Notes: a model not told the origin generated them from the sequence alone. A stretch of DNA of 20,000 bases from an uncultured virus (IMG/VR IMGVR_UViG_2554235432_000003) (IMGVR_UViG_2554235432_000003:54909-74908), one strand, 5' to 3'. Positions 1 to 7,404 are shown, numbered from the stretch's first letter. Made by a program: numbers and translations.

Positions 1-35
1 TCATCTTGTTAGTACTTAGCTCGCCAGCTTACTAA
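1..35 (+). CDS. 3' end of Ibs-like small hydrophobic peptide (type I toxin candidate), 5'-truncated by window edge
   Basis: Frame from nt 3 reads ILLVLSSPAY-stop (TAA 33-35). It has the same type of C-terminus as the peptide at 16329-16391 (LIVLSSSAY) and E. coli IbsC (MMRLVIILIVLLLISFSAY). Confidence 0.7.
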   Translation, partial: ILLVLSSPAY

Positions 36-80
36 TTTGATGATAATTTAACGAGAGGGAGAAATCTCTCTCGTTCTTCA
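1..80 (-). ncRNA. Putative Sib-like cis-antisense RNA (5' part), copy 1
   Basis: Minus-strand promoter at 87-115 predicts a start near 80. An 11-bp stem at 50-75 follows, then sequence antisense to the peptide ORF. The 3' end lies outside the window. Confidence 0.55.
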
Positions 81-86
81 AAACTA

Positions 87-115
87 ATGTTAAGGATTTA
101 TTATGGCGATGTCAA
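87..115 (-). promoter_or_regulatory. Sigma70-type promoter for antisense RNA copy 1
   Basis: TTGACA (115-110), 17-nt spacer, TAACAT (92-87); overlaps the RBS and start of ORF 103..291. Confidence 0.6.
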
Positions 116-291
116 GAACCGAAATTGTTAAACGCAGTGAGGAAAAACACGGTATTAAACTCAAAGCCTTCAAACTTCCTTTAGTTGTGATTGCTGAAAT
201 TGAGCAGTTAAGTACAGAGTTAAATATTCCACAAAATCAGTTGATTATTCAAGCCGTTGAGCTGTTTAAGCAATCGCAGAAAGGGGCGTAA
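103..291 (+). CDS. Small ribbon-helix-helix-like DNA-binding protein
   Basis: AAGGA RBS. Pattern of beta-strand KAFKL, helix (VVIAEIEQLSTELN) and helix (QNQLIIQAVELF) is typical of RHH/CopG-like folds. Confidence 0.7.
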   Translation: MAMSRTEIVKRSEEKHGIKLKAFKLPLVVIAEIEQLSTELNIPQNQLIIQAVELFKQSQKGA

Positions 292-328
292 TGCCCTTTA
301 TTAAAACGCCCTCAAAATCAAGGGCGTT
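281..328. terminator. Two hairpins between convergent genes
   Basis: AAGGGGC/GCCCTTT (281-299) and AACGCCCT/AGGGCGTT (305-328) with an A/T-rich stretch between them. Confidence 0.6.
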
Positions 329-332
329 GCCA

Positions 333-947
333 TTAATTCACTTTCAACGCCTTCAGCGTTTCAATAAATTGCGGAATGTACTTATCAAAGGCTTTCATCA
401 ACACAGGATCGGGGTTTTCGGTGTGGATAAAAAGCGTTTGTTTTTGATATTCAGGGCAGTAGCTGACAAAATCCCAACTGGCATAACCCGTAACCCATAA
501 GGCGACTTGTACCTGTATGATGTACTCACTGGGTACCACGCCCTCAATGATATATTTGATGTGGGTTTTCATTTTGGGGCATTTGATTTCTAAGCCTTTT
601 CGTAAGGTTGGGATAAGTCCATCGGGGCTTACCATCATATCTTTGTCGGCATTGCGATATACACCACCAACCTGAACGACATCATTGCCTGTGGCGAACT
701 CATACGCCATTCTTGCTTGTTCTTCAAGCTGATTACCTCGCAACATATCGCTGGATTTAAAGCCTTCTGTTAAGCCCTCAATGCTTTCTGCGACAAGTTC
801 GGCAAGGTAGCTTGTCCACGCACTTGATTTTTTACCGCTTGGGGTGACGATATTTGACACCCCTGTTGCAGTGGGAATACCTAATCGTGCGGTAAGCCAT
901 TCTTCTGTGCCTTGCTCACAGTTGAGTGTGATCAGGTTTTCTATCAT
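333..947 (-). CDS. exo: YqaJ/lambda-exonuclease family recombination nuclease
   Basis: QGTEEWLTARLGIPTAT, RGNQLE, SPDGL, LEIKCP and YIIQVQ motifs. Confidence 0.92.
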   Translation of the reverse strand: MIENLITLNCEQGTEEWLTARLGIPTATGVSNIVTPSGKKSSAWTSYLAELVAESIEGLTEGFKSSDMLRGNQLEEQARMAYEFATGNDVVQVGGVYRNADKDMMVSPDGLIPTLRKGLEIKCPKMKTHIKYIIEGVVPSEYIIQVQVALWVTGYASWDFVSYCPEYQKQTLFIHTENPDPVLMKAFDKYIPQFIETLKALKVN

Positions 948-1810
948 AACGGTATATTTTCCCCTAGGTTTTCGCTTTGTGCCTGTGATTTATCAACACG
1001 CTCATTCAAGATTTTGATTAAATGTTCAGCTTTGTCTTTCGGTAGTTGATCAAGGCTGTTTACACCATAGTACGCAATAGCTTTGGCGACATCGGTTTGT
1101 GTAATTTGGATAAGTTGATCGAGTTGTTGGCGTTGTTCATCAGTGATCCTAACAACGCCATCTACATCGATTACGGTTTGTTGTGGTGAAGCTGGATTAA
1201 TAGGCTCTTCAGTTATCTCATCAGCAGTGATTACACCGCCCAATTCATCAGGAAATGCTTTACGCAATGCACCCGCTTCAGCACATTTAGCAAGCTGCCC
1301 TCGAGGGCGTTTCGTCCACATTGAATTAACTTTATATTTTCCTGTTCGTTGTTTGTCTTTCCATATTTCTGTTATTGCACAGGCTTCGGTAAAATACTCA
1401 GTATGAGAAAATGCACAACGTTCACCATTAACAAAACGATAAACAGTTACTTTGCACCATTCAGGAGCATTCACACCAAGATATTCTATAGTATCGCCAA
1501 ATACAGGATCATCTTGTCCTGCCATTTGCCCGGTACGAAATGCTGTAATTCGTTGTTCATAAATACCCGGCATAATTACATCACGCCATTCTTTTTCTGC
1601 TGTTTTTGCATCCGTTACGTTCATTGGTACAATATGACAAGGTTTCTTGAGAATATCCATTTTACGAGCCTTGCAATAATCAATCGCAAGTAAAATACTT
1701 TCGTCTTTCGCACCAGGGAAAATGCTGTTTTGTAATGTACTCCATACTGCGTGGTCTATGCCACGTTCAGAAAGTGCGGTTTGAATGTTGGATGGTAAGT
1801 TTGTTGTCAT
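944..1810 (-). CDS. bet: Phage single-strand annealing recombinase Bet (RecT/Bet family)
   Basis: DYCKARKMDILKKPCHIVP and W-x-KRPRGQLAKCAEAGALRKAFP motifs; ATGA overlap with exo. Confidence 0.9.
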   Translation of the reverse strand: MTTNLPSNIQTALSERGIDHAVWSTLQNSIFPGAKDESILLAIDYCKARKMDILKKPCHIVPMNVTDAKTAEKEWRDVIMPGIYEQRITAFRTGQMAGQDDPVFGDTIEYLGVNAPEWCKVTVYRFVNGERCAFSHTEYFTEACAITEIWKDKQRTGKYKVNSMWTKRPRGQLAKCAEAGALRKAFPDELGGVITADEITEEPINPASPQQTVIDVDGVVRITDEQRQQLDQLIQITQTDVAKAIAYYGVNSLDQLPKDKAEHLIKILNERVDKSQAQSENLGENIPL

Positions 1811-1819
1811 AATTTATCC

Positions 1820-2752
1820 TTATTTTGCTTTATTAAGTGAAACACAATCCCCAAACTTCGCTTTAAGCTCACGAGCAATATTAACAGCGTGGGATTGAAT
1901 GGTTTGATTTAATCGAATGGTTATCACAAAATCCCCTAAAGGCTCTGTGGTTTCCGTTTTTGCAAAATCCTGTGGATTTTCGACCGCTTGTTGCTGTGCC
2001 ATTTCATCTGCAATAGCTTTTGCCTCCGCTTGAACTTTTTCCGCCTCAGCTTTTGCTTTAGCCTCTTGTTCTGCCTTGGCTTTAATTTCCGCCTCTCTCT
2101 GTTCTTCTTCGGCAATGCGTTGCTGAATGATTGGCTCTAACTCTTCTTCCCCTGCAATCAACACTAACCAGTCTTTAAACAGGTATTCGTAATGAATTGG
2201 AATGAGCTTTCTGCGTGCGGAAATTCGAGCTGCCTCTGCTCCGATTTCTGCGGTAATGGCGGTTTCTTCGGCGTTCACCGCACTTGTTAAAGTTGCCAGT
2301 GTACTTCTACGTTTAGTCGCATCTTCAAGGCGTTTTTTGATATTTTCCTTTGGAATATTACGCTCAAGGGCAAGCGATACATCGCTTTCGTGACTGCCTT
2401 TGATTGTTAAAATTCGTTCAAAGGCTTGAGAGATAATACTTTCTTTAATCTCTGCTTTTCGGTTTTTGACCACTTTTTCACGGTTTAAACGTTCTTGTCT
2501 GAAACGTTCAGCGATTTGTTCTGCTGTCGAAATTAACTCTGCGATTTCTCCGCTATGCGTTTGTTCAATCGCTGTGCGGATTTTATCTTCAATTTCTTTC
2601 AGCTCTTTCACTTCGCTATCTGCCTTAGCAAAATCGTCATCGGTTTCAAAGGTGGTGGTGAGCGTGGCAAGGTAGGCGTTAGCTTGTTCTTCAAAGGTTT
2701 TAATGTTGGTCGAAAGAACTTTGCTTTCAGTGGATAGGATTAGGTCTAGCAT
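1820..2752 (-). CDS. Phage coiled-coil protein upstream of bet
   Basis: 310-aa Ala/Glu/Lys-rich helical ORF, tightly co-oriented in the recombination operon. Confidence 0.8.
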   Translation of the reverse strand: MLDLILSTESKVLSTNIKTFEEQANAYLATLTTTFETDDDFAKADSEVKELKEIEDKIRTAIEQTHSGEIAELISTAEQIAERFRQERLNREKVVKNRKAEIKESIISQAFERILTIKGSHESDVSLALERNIPKENIKKRLEDATKRRSTLATLTSAVNAEETAITAEIGAEAARISARRKLIPIHYEYLFKDWLVLIAGEEELEPIIQQRIAEEEQREAEIKAKAEQEAKAKAEAEKVQAEAKAIADEMAQQQAVENPQDFAKTETTEPLGDFVITIRLNQTIQSHAVNIARELKAKFGDCVSLNKAK

Positions 2753-2753
2753 T

Positions 2754-2906
2754 TTAAAATCTCTCTTTTGGGTTTACAAATGAGTTACTATCAGGGTCTT
2801 TACAAGCTTTTGCATAACGTTTCCAGACGGGCAAGTTTGTATCATCGTCATCATCCCTGTCGTATTCGTAATTTTCTTTTGCGATAGCTCGTTCAAGGTC
2901 TTCCAT
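2754..2906 (-). CDS. Small acidic phage protein, 50 aa (MEDLERAIAKENYEYDRDDDDD...), absent from ORF track
   Basis: Manual translation; AGGAG RBS; exactly fills the gap between two operon genes. Confidence 0.65.
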   Translation of the reverse strand: MEDLERAIAKENYEYDRDDDDDTNLPVWKRYAKACKDPDSNSFVNPKERF

Positions 2907-3433
2907 TTTGTTGCTCCTGTGTTTTCTTCACCATTTCCGCTAATGCTCCGAACATCTGCGGTTCAAGTACAATCGTGCTGGCGTTGGCTCTTCTGTCTAG
3001 CATTAGGCGGACATTGCCGTTTTTATCTACGAGATAGCCATTTAAGCCGTAAGGGGTAAATGGTTTGCGTTTGGGCTGTGATGGCTTCGGCTCAGGCTCA
3101 ACTTGTTCTGTTGGTGCTGTTTCAATCTCAACTTGTTCCGTCGGTGCTATTTGCTCAACCTGCTCTGCTTGGATAACTGTTACTTTTAGCCCAACTTTTT
3201 TAGCTTGCTCAATTACAATCGGATTATGCCCTTCGATTTCAGGGTAGTGAGGGATAGCTCTTTTACCGACTAAGCCTTTTTGACTGTTATATCTATCAAT
3301 GGCTTTGTTTAAATTTCGGATAGCAAGAATTTCCGATGTCATTGGTACGCCTTGAAACTCTAGGTGTTTATCCACCCACATTTCACCGAAGTATTTTTTA
3401 TTTGGGTTTTTGTAAAATTTGAAGTTTGATCAT
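2893..3433 (-). CDS. Hypothetical phage protein with internal (A)PTEQVE repeats; probable start 3433 with a 1-nt insertion near 3425-3430
   Basis: ORF 2893..3381 stays open upstream (NFKFYKNPNKKYFGE). An ATG overlapping the previous stop (ATGA, with AGGAG RBS) is one base out of frame. Confidence 0.65.
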
Positions 3434-3750
3434 CTTTTTGCTCCTACAATCAGTTTGTTAAGTTGGTTTTGGTTATGTTGTTTAATCAGCTTCACATCTT
3501 CACCTGTAACGTTATCAGGCGGTGGAAGATGTAGGGCTAATGCGTTGTAATTTACCTCTTCAGGGGTGATTTCAGCTTGTTTGAAGTCATCTTCCGTCCA
3601 AATCTTTTCTGCTTGGCAATTGCTTTCTACGGGCAGAGTAGAGACAAGCTCAGGCTCTTCACAGCCAGTTAAACTTCCGCCTGTCACAAAGGCGATAAGC
3701 AAGGCACCGAGTAGGTATTTCAGGTTGAGTTTTTTGATAAGTGTCTTCAT
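3430..3750 (-). CDS. Putative phage lipoprotein
   Basis: Basic N-terminus, hydrophobic core (YLLGALLIAFV), lipobox LTGC; AAGGA RBS. Confidence 0.7.
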   Translation of the reverse strand: MKTLIKKLNLKYLLGALLIAFVTGGSLTGCEEPELVSTLPVESNCQAEKIWTEDDFKQAEITPEEVNYNALALHLPPPDNVTGEDVKLIKQHNQNQLNKLIVGAKR

Positions 3751-3832
3751 TTTTTATTCCTTTTGTTGAATTTTGGGTGTAGGAAGCCACCGCAGGCTTT
3801 CGGGGAAAGTGCGGTGGGGTTAGGGTTTTGGT

Positions 3833-4485
3833 TTATAGGATTGACTTTTTAAATGTCGGGTCGAACTCTCGAACGTGTTTTAGTACTCGCCAGTTGCTTG
3901 TGTAGTCGTAGGCGATGTCTTTGGTTAGGCGTTGGATAACCTTGTGGGCATTTCGTGCAGTTGTTGCGTATTCGTAGCCTTGTCCGTAAACCATTGCACT
4001 GTAATTTGAGCCGAGTGCGTTGAGTGGGGTGTAGATGGCTCTGAATGTGTGTATGCCCCGTATGAAGGCGAACCACGCCCAAGTGAGGTCGAGTAGGTCA
4101 TCTTCGGTAAACTCGAAGGTGTATTTCTTTCGGGTTCGGGCAAGGCGAGTGGTTGCGGTTGGTTTTGCAAATTTGCTCTACGTTCGCACTCGATGAAGTA
4201 TTTGCGGATTTGTCGTCCTTTTTCGTTGCGTTCGACCATTGCGAGTTCTTTTCCCATATCAAGTGTGATGTGGTATTCCTTGCGTGGTCTGCCGTTTGTG
4301 CGTTCGTGAACGATGATGTAGTCTTCGTCTTGGATAAAGCCGTAGTCGGTTATGCGGTTACAAATCCATTCTGCGAAACGCATATTTACTTCTAGGAATG
4401 TATGTAGCTCACGAGCATTTGCCAGTTGAATTGCTTGATTGGCGATTTGACCGTTGAAAACAGTGATAAGGTTTGAATTTGTCAT
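3833..4485 (-). CDS. ant: AntA/AntB-family antirepressor, frameshifted at ~4128-4130
   Basis: N-domain [11 protein letters not shown]...FAEWI...YGFIQDEDY...[27 protein letters not shown]. Adding one A gives [19 protein letters not shown]...KKSIL-stop (3833), a plausible antirepressor C-domain. Confidence 0.85.
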
Positions 4486-4540
4486 TTTGATTGTCCTTTG
4501 AGATAAGTTTTTAAACTCACCACCGCAGAGACCAATCATT

Positions 4541-4619
4541 GGTGGTGAACTGAACAGAATTGGTCTTACCGCTCTCAAAGGTACACGGCGTCCTTTCGGA
4601 CTTCCATTCAGCCCACCAT
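4541..4619 (-). ncRNA. c4: c4-type antisense RNA (phage P1 C4 family)
   Basis: ATGGTGGGCTGAATGG...GTCCGAAAGGAC...TTCTGTTCAGTTCACCACC fold. Loop elements CCTTTGAGA (4581-4573) and AGACCAAT (4566-4559) are complementary to two target pairs in the same transcript. Confidence 0.85.
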
Positions 4620-4623
4620 TGGA

Positions 4624-4682
4624 CTTTTTGACAAATTTGTCAAAAAGGTTATTTGGGGCTTTTTCTGAAATTTCAGAAAAAG
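4624..4682. repeat. Two perfect 24-bp palindromes at 35-bp spacing
   Basis: CTTTTTGACAAATTTGTCAAAAAG (4624-4647) and CTTTTTCTGAAATTTCAGAAAAAG (4659-4682). Confidence 0.9.
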
Positions 4683-4705
4683 GTTGATGTGCTGTTTTCG
4701 GGTAT

Positions 4706-4822
4706 AAAAAAAGACGCTTCAGGCGTCTATCATTTCTACCGCCTTTGAGATATTCAGGAGACCAATCCCGACTTTCTGTTGAAAGTGGGGGCAGTTTAAA
4801 CTGAATGGGGAGCGGTTGTCAA
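4706..4822 (-). promoter_or_regulatory. ant leader: promoter, a1/b1 c4 targets and attenuator terminator
   Basis: TTGACA (4822-4817)-N18-TAAACT (4798-4793); a1 4759-4766; b1 4742-4750; AGACGC/GCGTCT hairpin plus T-run at 4728-4706. Confidence 0.75.
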
Positions 4823-4858
4823 TGCGGTTTTTAACGAGAACCGCAAAACTCGCCTTAC

Positions 4859-4908
4859 TTGTTACCACAACGCATAAGGATTATAATTTGTACAACCACA
4901 ACGTATAA
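4859..4908 (+). promoter_or_regulatory. Promoter for Pro-rich peptide, with a 14-bp direct repeat
   Basis: TTGTTA (4859-64)-N17-TATAAT (4882-87); ACCACAACG(C/T)ATAA at 4864 and 4895. Confidence 0.6.
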
Positions 4909-4921
4909 ATTAGGATTTGTT

Positions 4922-5047
4922 ATGTCTAATCAAAAGCCATCTCAACCAAAACCACAACCGGCTCCACCTAAACCTCAACCAACAATTTATAGAAAGCCTG
5001 AACCTGTATTTATTGGCGATAGTGTAGATATTCCTAAGAAGAAATAA
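4922..5047 (+). CDS. 41-aa Pro/Lys/Gln-rich peptide (MSNQKPSQPKPQPAPPKPQPT...)
   Basis: AGGA RBS and its own promoter; stop codon abuts the stop of the convergent gene. Confidence 0.65.
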   Translation: MSNQKPSQPKPQPAPPKPQPTIYRKPEPVFIGDSVDIPKKK

Positions 5048-5582
5048 TTAGGGTAAATAATGTAGTAAACTTGAACTAATCACCATTAATAAGATCGGCA
5101 AGCTGATAGCAGTCATAATCGCTCTATCAGTATATTTCCGATATATAGCATTGGTATTAAGCAAAGCTAAAATAGCTTGGTTGATGTTATGTAATTCATA
5201 GCGTCTTAGTATGCCAAGTTTATTTTTATCTTGGCTGTTTTTGAATGATTCGTTATAAAGATTTTGTGGAATGTTTGTTCCCATTTGTCGTATTTTACTT
5301 AATAAAACATAATGAGTTAGCATAAATGCGGATATTGTCCAACCCGCCATTAGTAAAATGGCATTGACAATAATAATGGGATGTATTTTATCAATGCTGT
5401 TTATTAGCAGTAATGAGATAGAACCAATACCCAAAAGCAGATAATTTAATAGGCGGTAGGCTTTTTCTCGATTGTTTTCGTTTGATTTTTTTACATCGTC
5501 ATAACTCTGTAAGGCTTGTTTTTCTAAATATTCAAGCATTTCATCATCAGCATCTAAAAAACTAATCGTCGGGTAAGTTCAT
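5048..5582 (-). CDS. Low-GC membrane protein (about 3 TM) moron; probable start 5582 with a 1-nt insertion near 5562
   Basis: Three hydrophobic segments in ORF 5048..5539. GGAG-RBS ATG at 5582 gives MNLPDDYFLDADDEMLEYL if one base is removed. Confidence 0.7.
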
Positions 5583-5637
5583 TATAATTCTCCAAATATT
5601 TAGTTAAAATAGCTGAGGTGCTAAAGGATAAAAAAGA

Positions 5638-5742
5638 TTAGTCATCCTTTAATTTTCCATCTAGATAATTTAGAATCCATTTTACACAGTATAAGGCAAT
5701 ACCAATATAAACAAGTGAATATATAAATGTTGAAAATGTCAT
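5638..5742 (-). CDS. 34-aa single-TM peptide (MTFSTFIYSLVYIGIALYCVKWILNYLDGKLKDD)
   Basis: Manual translation; AAGGA RBS; hydrophobic stretch plus charged tail. Confidence 0.5.
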   Translation of the reverse strand: MTFSTFIYSLVYIGIALYCVKWILNYLDGKLKDD

Positions 5743-5757
5743 TGTTGAATCCTTAAT

Positions 5758-5780
5758 AAAAAAGCCCACGTTTTGTGGGC
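5758..5780 (-). terminator. Intrinsic terminator
   Basis: GCCCAC/GTGGGC stem followed by T6 on the minus strand. Confidence 0.7.
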
Positions 5781-5918
5781 GAACGTAGCGGATCATCATT
5801 ATGATTACGGGTGTTTTAAGTGCTTACCGTGTACACTTTTGTTTGTTACCATTCAGAACCGCTCTCCAAGACAATCAAGGAGAAAATTGTCTAGTGTTAG
5901 CAAGAGAACGGTTTTGAA

Positions 5919-5995
5919 TGGCGACCGCAGAGAGACTCGAACTCTCAACCTACTGCTTAGAAGGCAGTTGCTCTATCCGATTGAGCTATGCGGTC
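5919..5995 (-). tRNA. tRNA-Arg(UCU), prophage-encoded
   Basis: 77 nt: GACCGCA/TGCGGTC acceptor stem, GCTC/GAGC D stem, ACTGC-CTTCTAA-GCAGT anticodon arm, GAGAG-TTCGAGT-CTCTC T arm, encoded CCA. Confidence 0.95.
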
Positions 5996-6158
5996 GATTT
6001 TACTTGCGTTTGTGCTACCTGATTCACTGCCAGTGCTTAACCTTTCCACAAGTAATCACACCGCTTGAGCTATGGCTTTCACATAGCTTGTTGATACCAT
6101 CTCACCTTTGGCAAGCGGTGCGTTTTTGTCTAAATTGTGTCGAGATGAAATAATGGAA

Positions 6159-6380
6159 TTAGCCGCCTTTTTGGAGTAATCTACGCATTAACCTTGCTAT
6201 TTTTGAAAGCGGGTTTTCAGGGATATATACTGAAAGATGTATCTCGCCATCAACGGTCGCTTGGGACATTGCTTTGACTTTTTCTTGCGCCTCTTCAAAT
6301 GAGTTGGCATAAACTTCTGTTGCCCACTTCTTTCCGCCGAAGCTATAAGAAACAGCATAGCATTTCATTTTTTCTTGCAT
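6159..6380 (-). CDS. Small hypothetical phage protein
   Basis: 73-aa ORF with GAGG RBS, co-oriented with the pL operon. Confidence 0.65.
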   Translation of the reverse strand: MQEKMKCYAVSYSFGGKKWATEVYANSFEEAQEKVKAMSQATVDGEIHLSVYIPENPLSKIARLMRRLLQKGG

Positions 6381-6394
6381 AAGGAGTTACCTCT

Positions 6395-6565
6395 ATGTAT
6401 TTTCAAATTTTCCAAGGTGTTAATGGTCAGTGGTATTGGCGATTAAAATCCGCCAATCACGAAACCATTGCTTCTAGCGAAGGATATACAACTAAACAAA
6501 ACTGCTTGCACTGCATAGGTTTAGTGATGGATACCACGCGAAAAACACCTGTTTATGAAGTTTAG
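6395..6565 (+). CDS. YegP/DUF1508-family small protein, 56 aa, absent from ORF track
   Basis: MYFQIFQGVNGQWYWRLKSANHETIASSEGYTTKQNCLHCI... matches the WRLKAxNxExIAxSEGY family motif; AAGGAG RBS. Confidence 0.85.
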   Translation: MYFQIFQGVNGQWYWRLKSANHETIASSEGYTTKQNCLHCIGLVMDTTRKTPVYEV

Positions 6566-6591
6566 TGTTCAAGTCCTGTTGGAGCAGGGCT

Positions 6592-6879
6592 TTAAATTCG
6601 TATCAACTCCCGACAACTACGTCTGATTTTCTCTTTGGCTCGAACTGTTGTTGGTTTGATTTTGCCTTTGTTGCAAGCGTAATTTGCAATATCAATCATT
6701 TTTTTGCTTGGTCTTTCAAGGCAGGCTATATCTACTCTTGAAAGGGTGTTAGCGGTCTGTTTTTTGCGATTTTTTGCGAACATTCTCGCTAGTCTGCCAG
6801 CTTTACCCGTTGTGCGAACTTCTGCTTTTTCGCAGTATTTGTTGCTTGTTGGGTTACGTTCGATAATGATTTTAGTCAT
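6592..6879 (-). CDS. Basic protein, candidate N-like antiterminator
   Basis: First ORF after pL, boxA and the long stem; GAGG RBS; Arg/Lys-rich segment (AGRLARMFAKNRKK). The function is a positional inference. Confidence 0.55.
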   Translation of the reverse strand: MTKIIIERNPTSNKYCEKAEVRTTGKAGRLARMFAKNRKKQTANTLSRVDIACLERPSKKMIDIANYACNKGKIKPTTVRAKEKIRRSCRELIRI

Positions 6880-6897
6880 TGCCGTGTCCTCTGTTTG

Positions 6898-7013
6898 TTG
6901 CTATTCATAGCGACACTTGTCTAACATTTCCTTTCCGATCTCAGTTCGTTGTAGATAAATCCGCATTGATGTGAGATGTTCCAGTTCTCTGTAAATGTCG
7001 CTATGAATAGCAA
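6898..7013 (-). promoter_or_regulatory. 18-bp perfect inverted repeat, RNase III-site-like leader stem
   Basis: TTGCTATTCATAGCGACA (6898-6915) / TGTCGCTATGAATAGCAA (6996-7013); same position as the lambda N-leader RNase III site. Confidence 0.65.
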
Positions 7014-7080
7014 TTCCTGTTTGCCTCAGCCCCACTGGTACAGGCGACCAACCTTGTTTGGTGATGTGGGTTATTCGTGT

Positions 7081-7092
7081 TGTTAAAGAGCA
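7081..7092 (-). promoter_or_regulatory. boxA of nutL
   Basis: TGCTCTTTAACA, the consensus boxA, just downstream of pL. Confidence 0.85.
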
Positions 7093-7120
7093 TTGAGCCG
7101 TAGCTCGTTTTGATGGGTGT

Positions 7121-7192
7121 ATAATACACTATGTATTTTATAAGTAAATACCAAATGTATTATTTTTCGCAATAAAAAATACAAAATGTATT
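7121..7192 (-). promoter_or_regulatory. pL promoter with three operators (oL)
   Basis: AATAC-N5-GTATT at 7123-37, 7147-61 and 7178-92; TTTACT/TATTAT promoter-like hexamers interleaved. Confidence 0.75.
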
Positions 7193-7375
7193 TAATTGAT
7201 TGATTTTAAAGGAAAATAAATTTTGTGAAGTGTGATTAATTGCTTATTTTTTAATCATCCCCTTGGTGTCAGGAAGATGTTTTTGCAAAAAATTGGGGAA
7301 ATGTGACCGCTGGTTGTGTGTGTTTTTGGTGGGTTAATAGTAGTATGGAGTAGTTAGTAGTAGATTTTGGGCAGT

Positions 7376-7397
7376 AAAAAGCCCTCAGTTGAGGGCT
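7376..7397 (-). terminator. Terminator after hicB
   Basis: AGCCCTC/GAGGGCT stem plus T-run on the minus strand. Confidence 0.7.
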
Positions 7398-7404
7398 AAA
7401 TGGG

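Noticed and set aside
291..3769. Several short plus-strand ORFs opposite the recombination operon
   Set aside because: Antisense shadows of well-supported genes, without RBS or motifs.
4486..4578. N-terminal extension of ant given by the ORF track
   Set aside because: It overlaps the c4 RNA; the RBS and domain start support ATG 4485.
5919..5995. tRNA as prophage attachment site
   Set aside because: Phage genes continue on both sides, with no duplicated 3' end and no integrase nearby.
5773..6153. 126-aa plus-strand ORF
   Set aside because: Antisense to the tRNA and hairpins; no RBS or recognisable motif.
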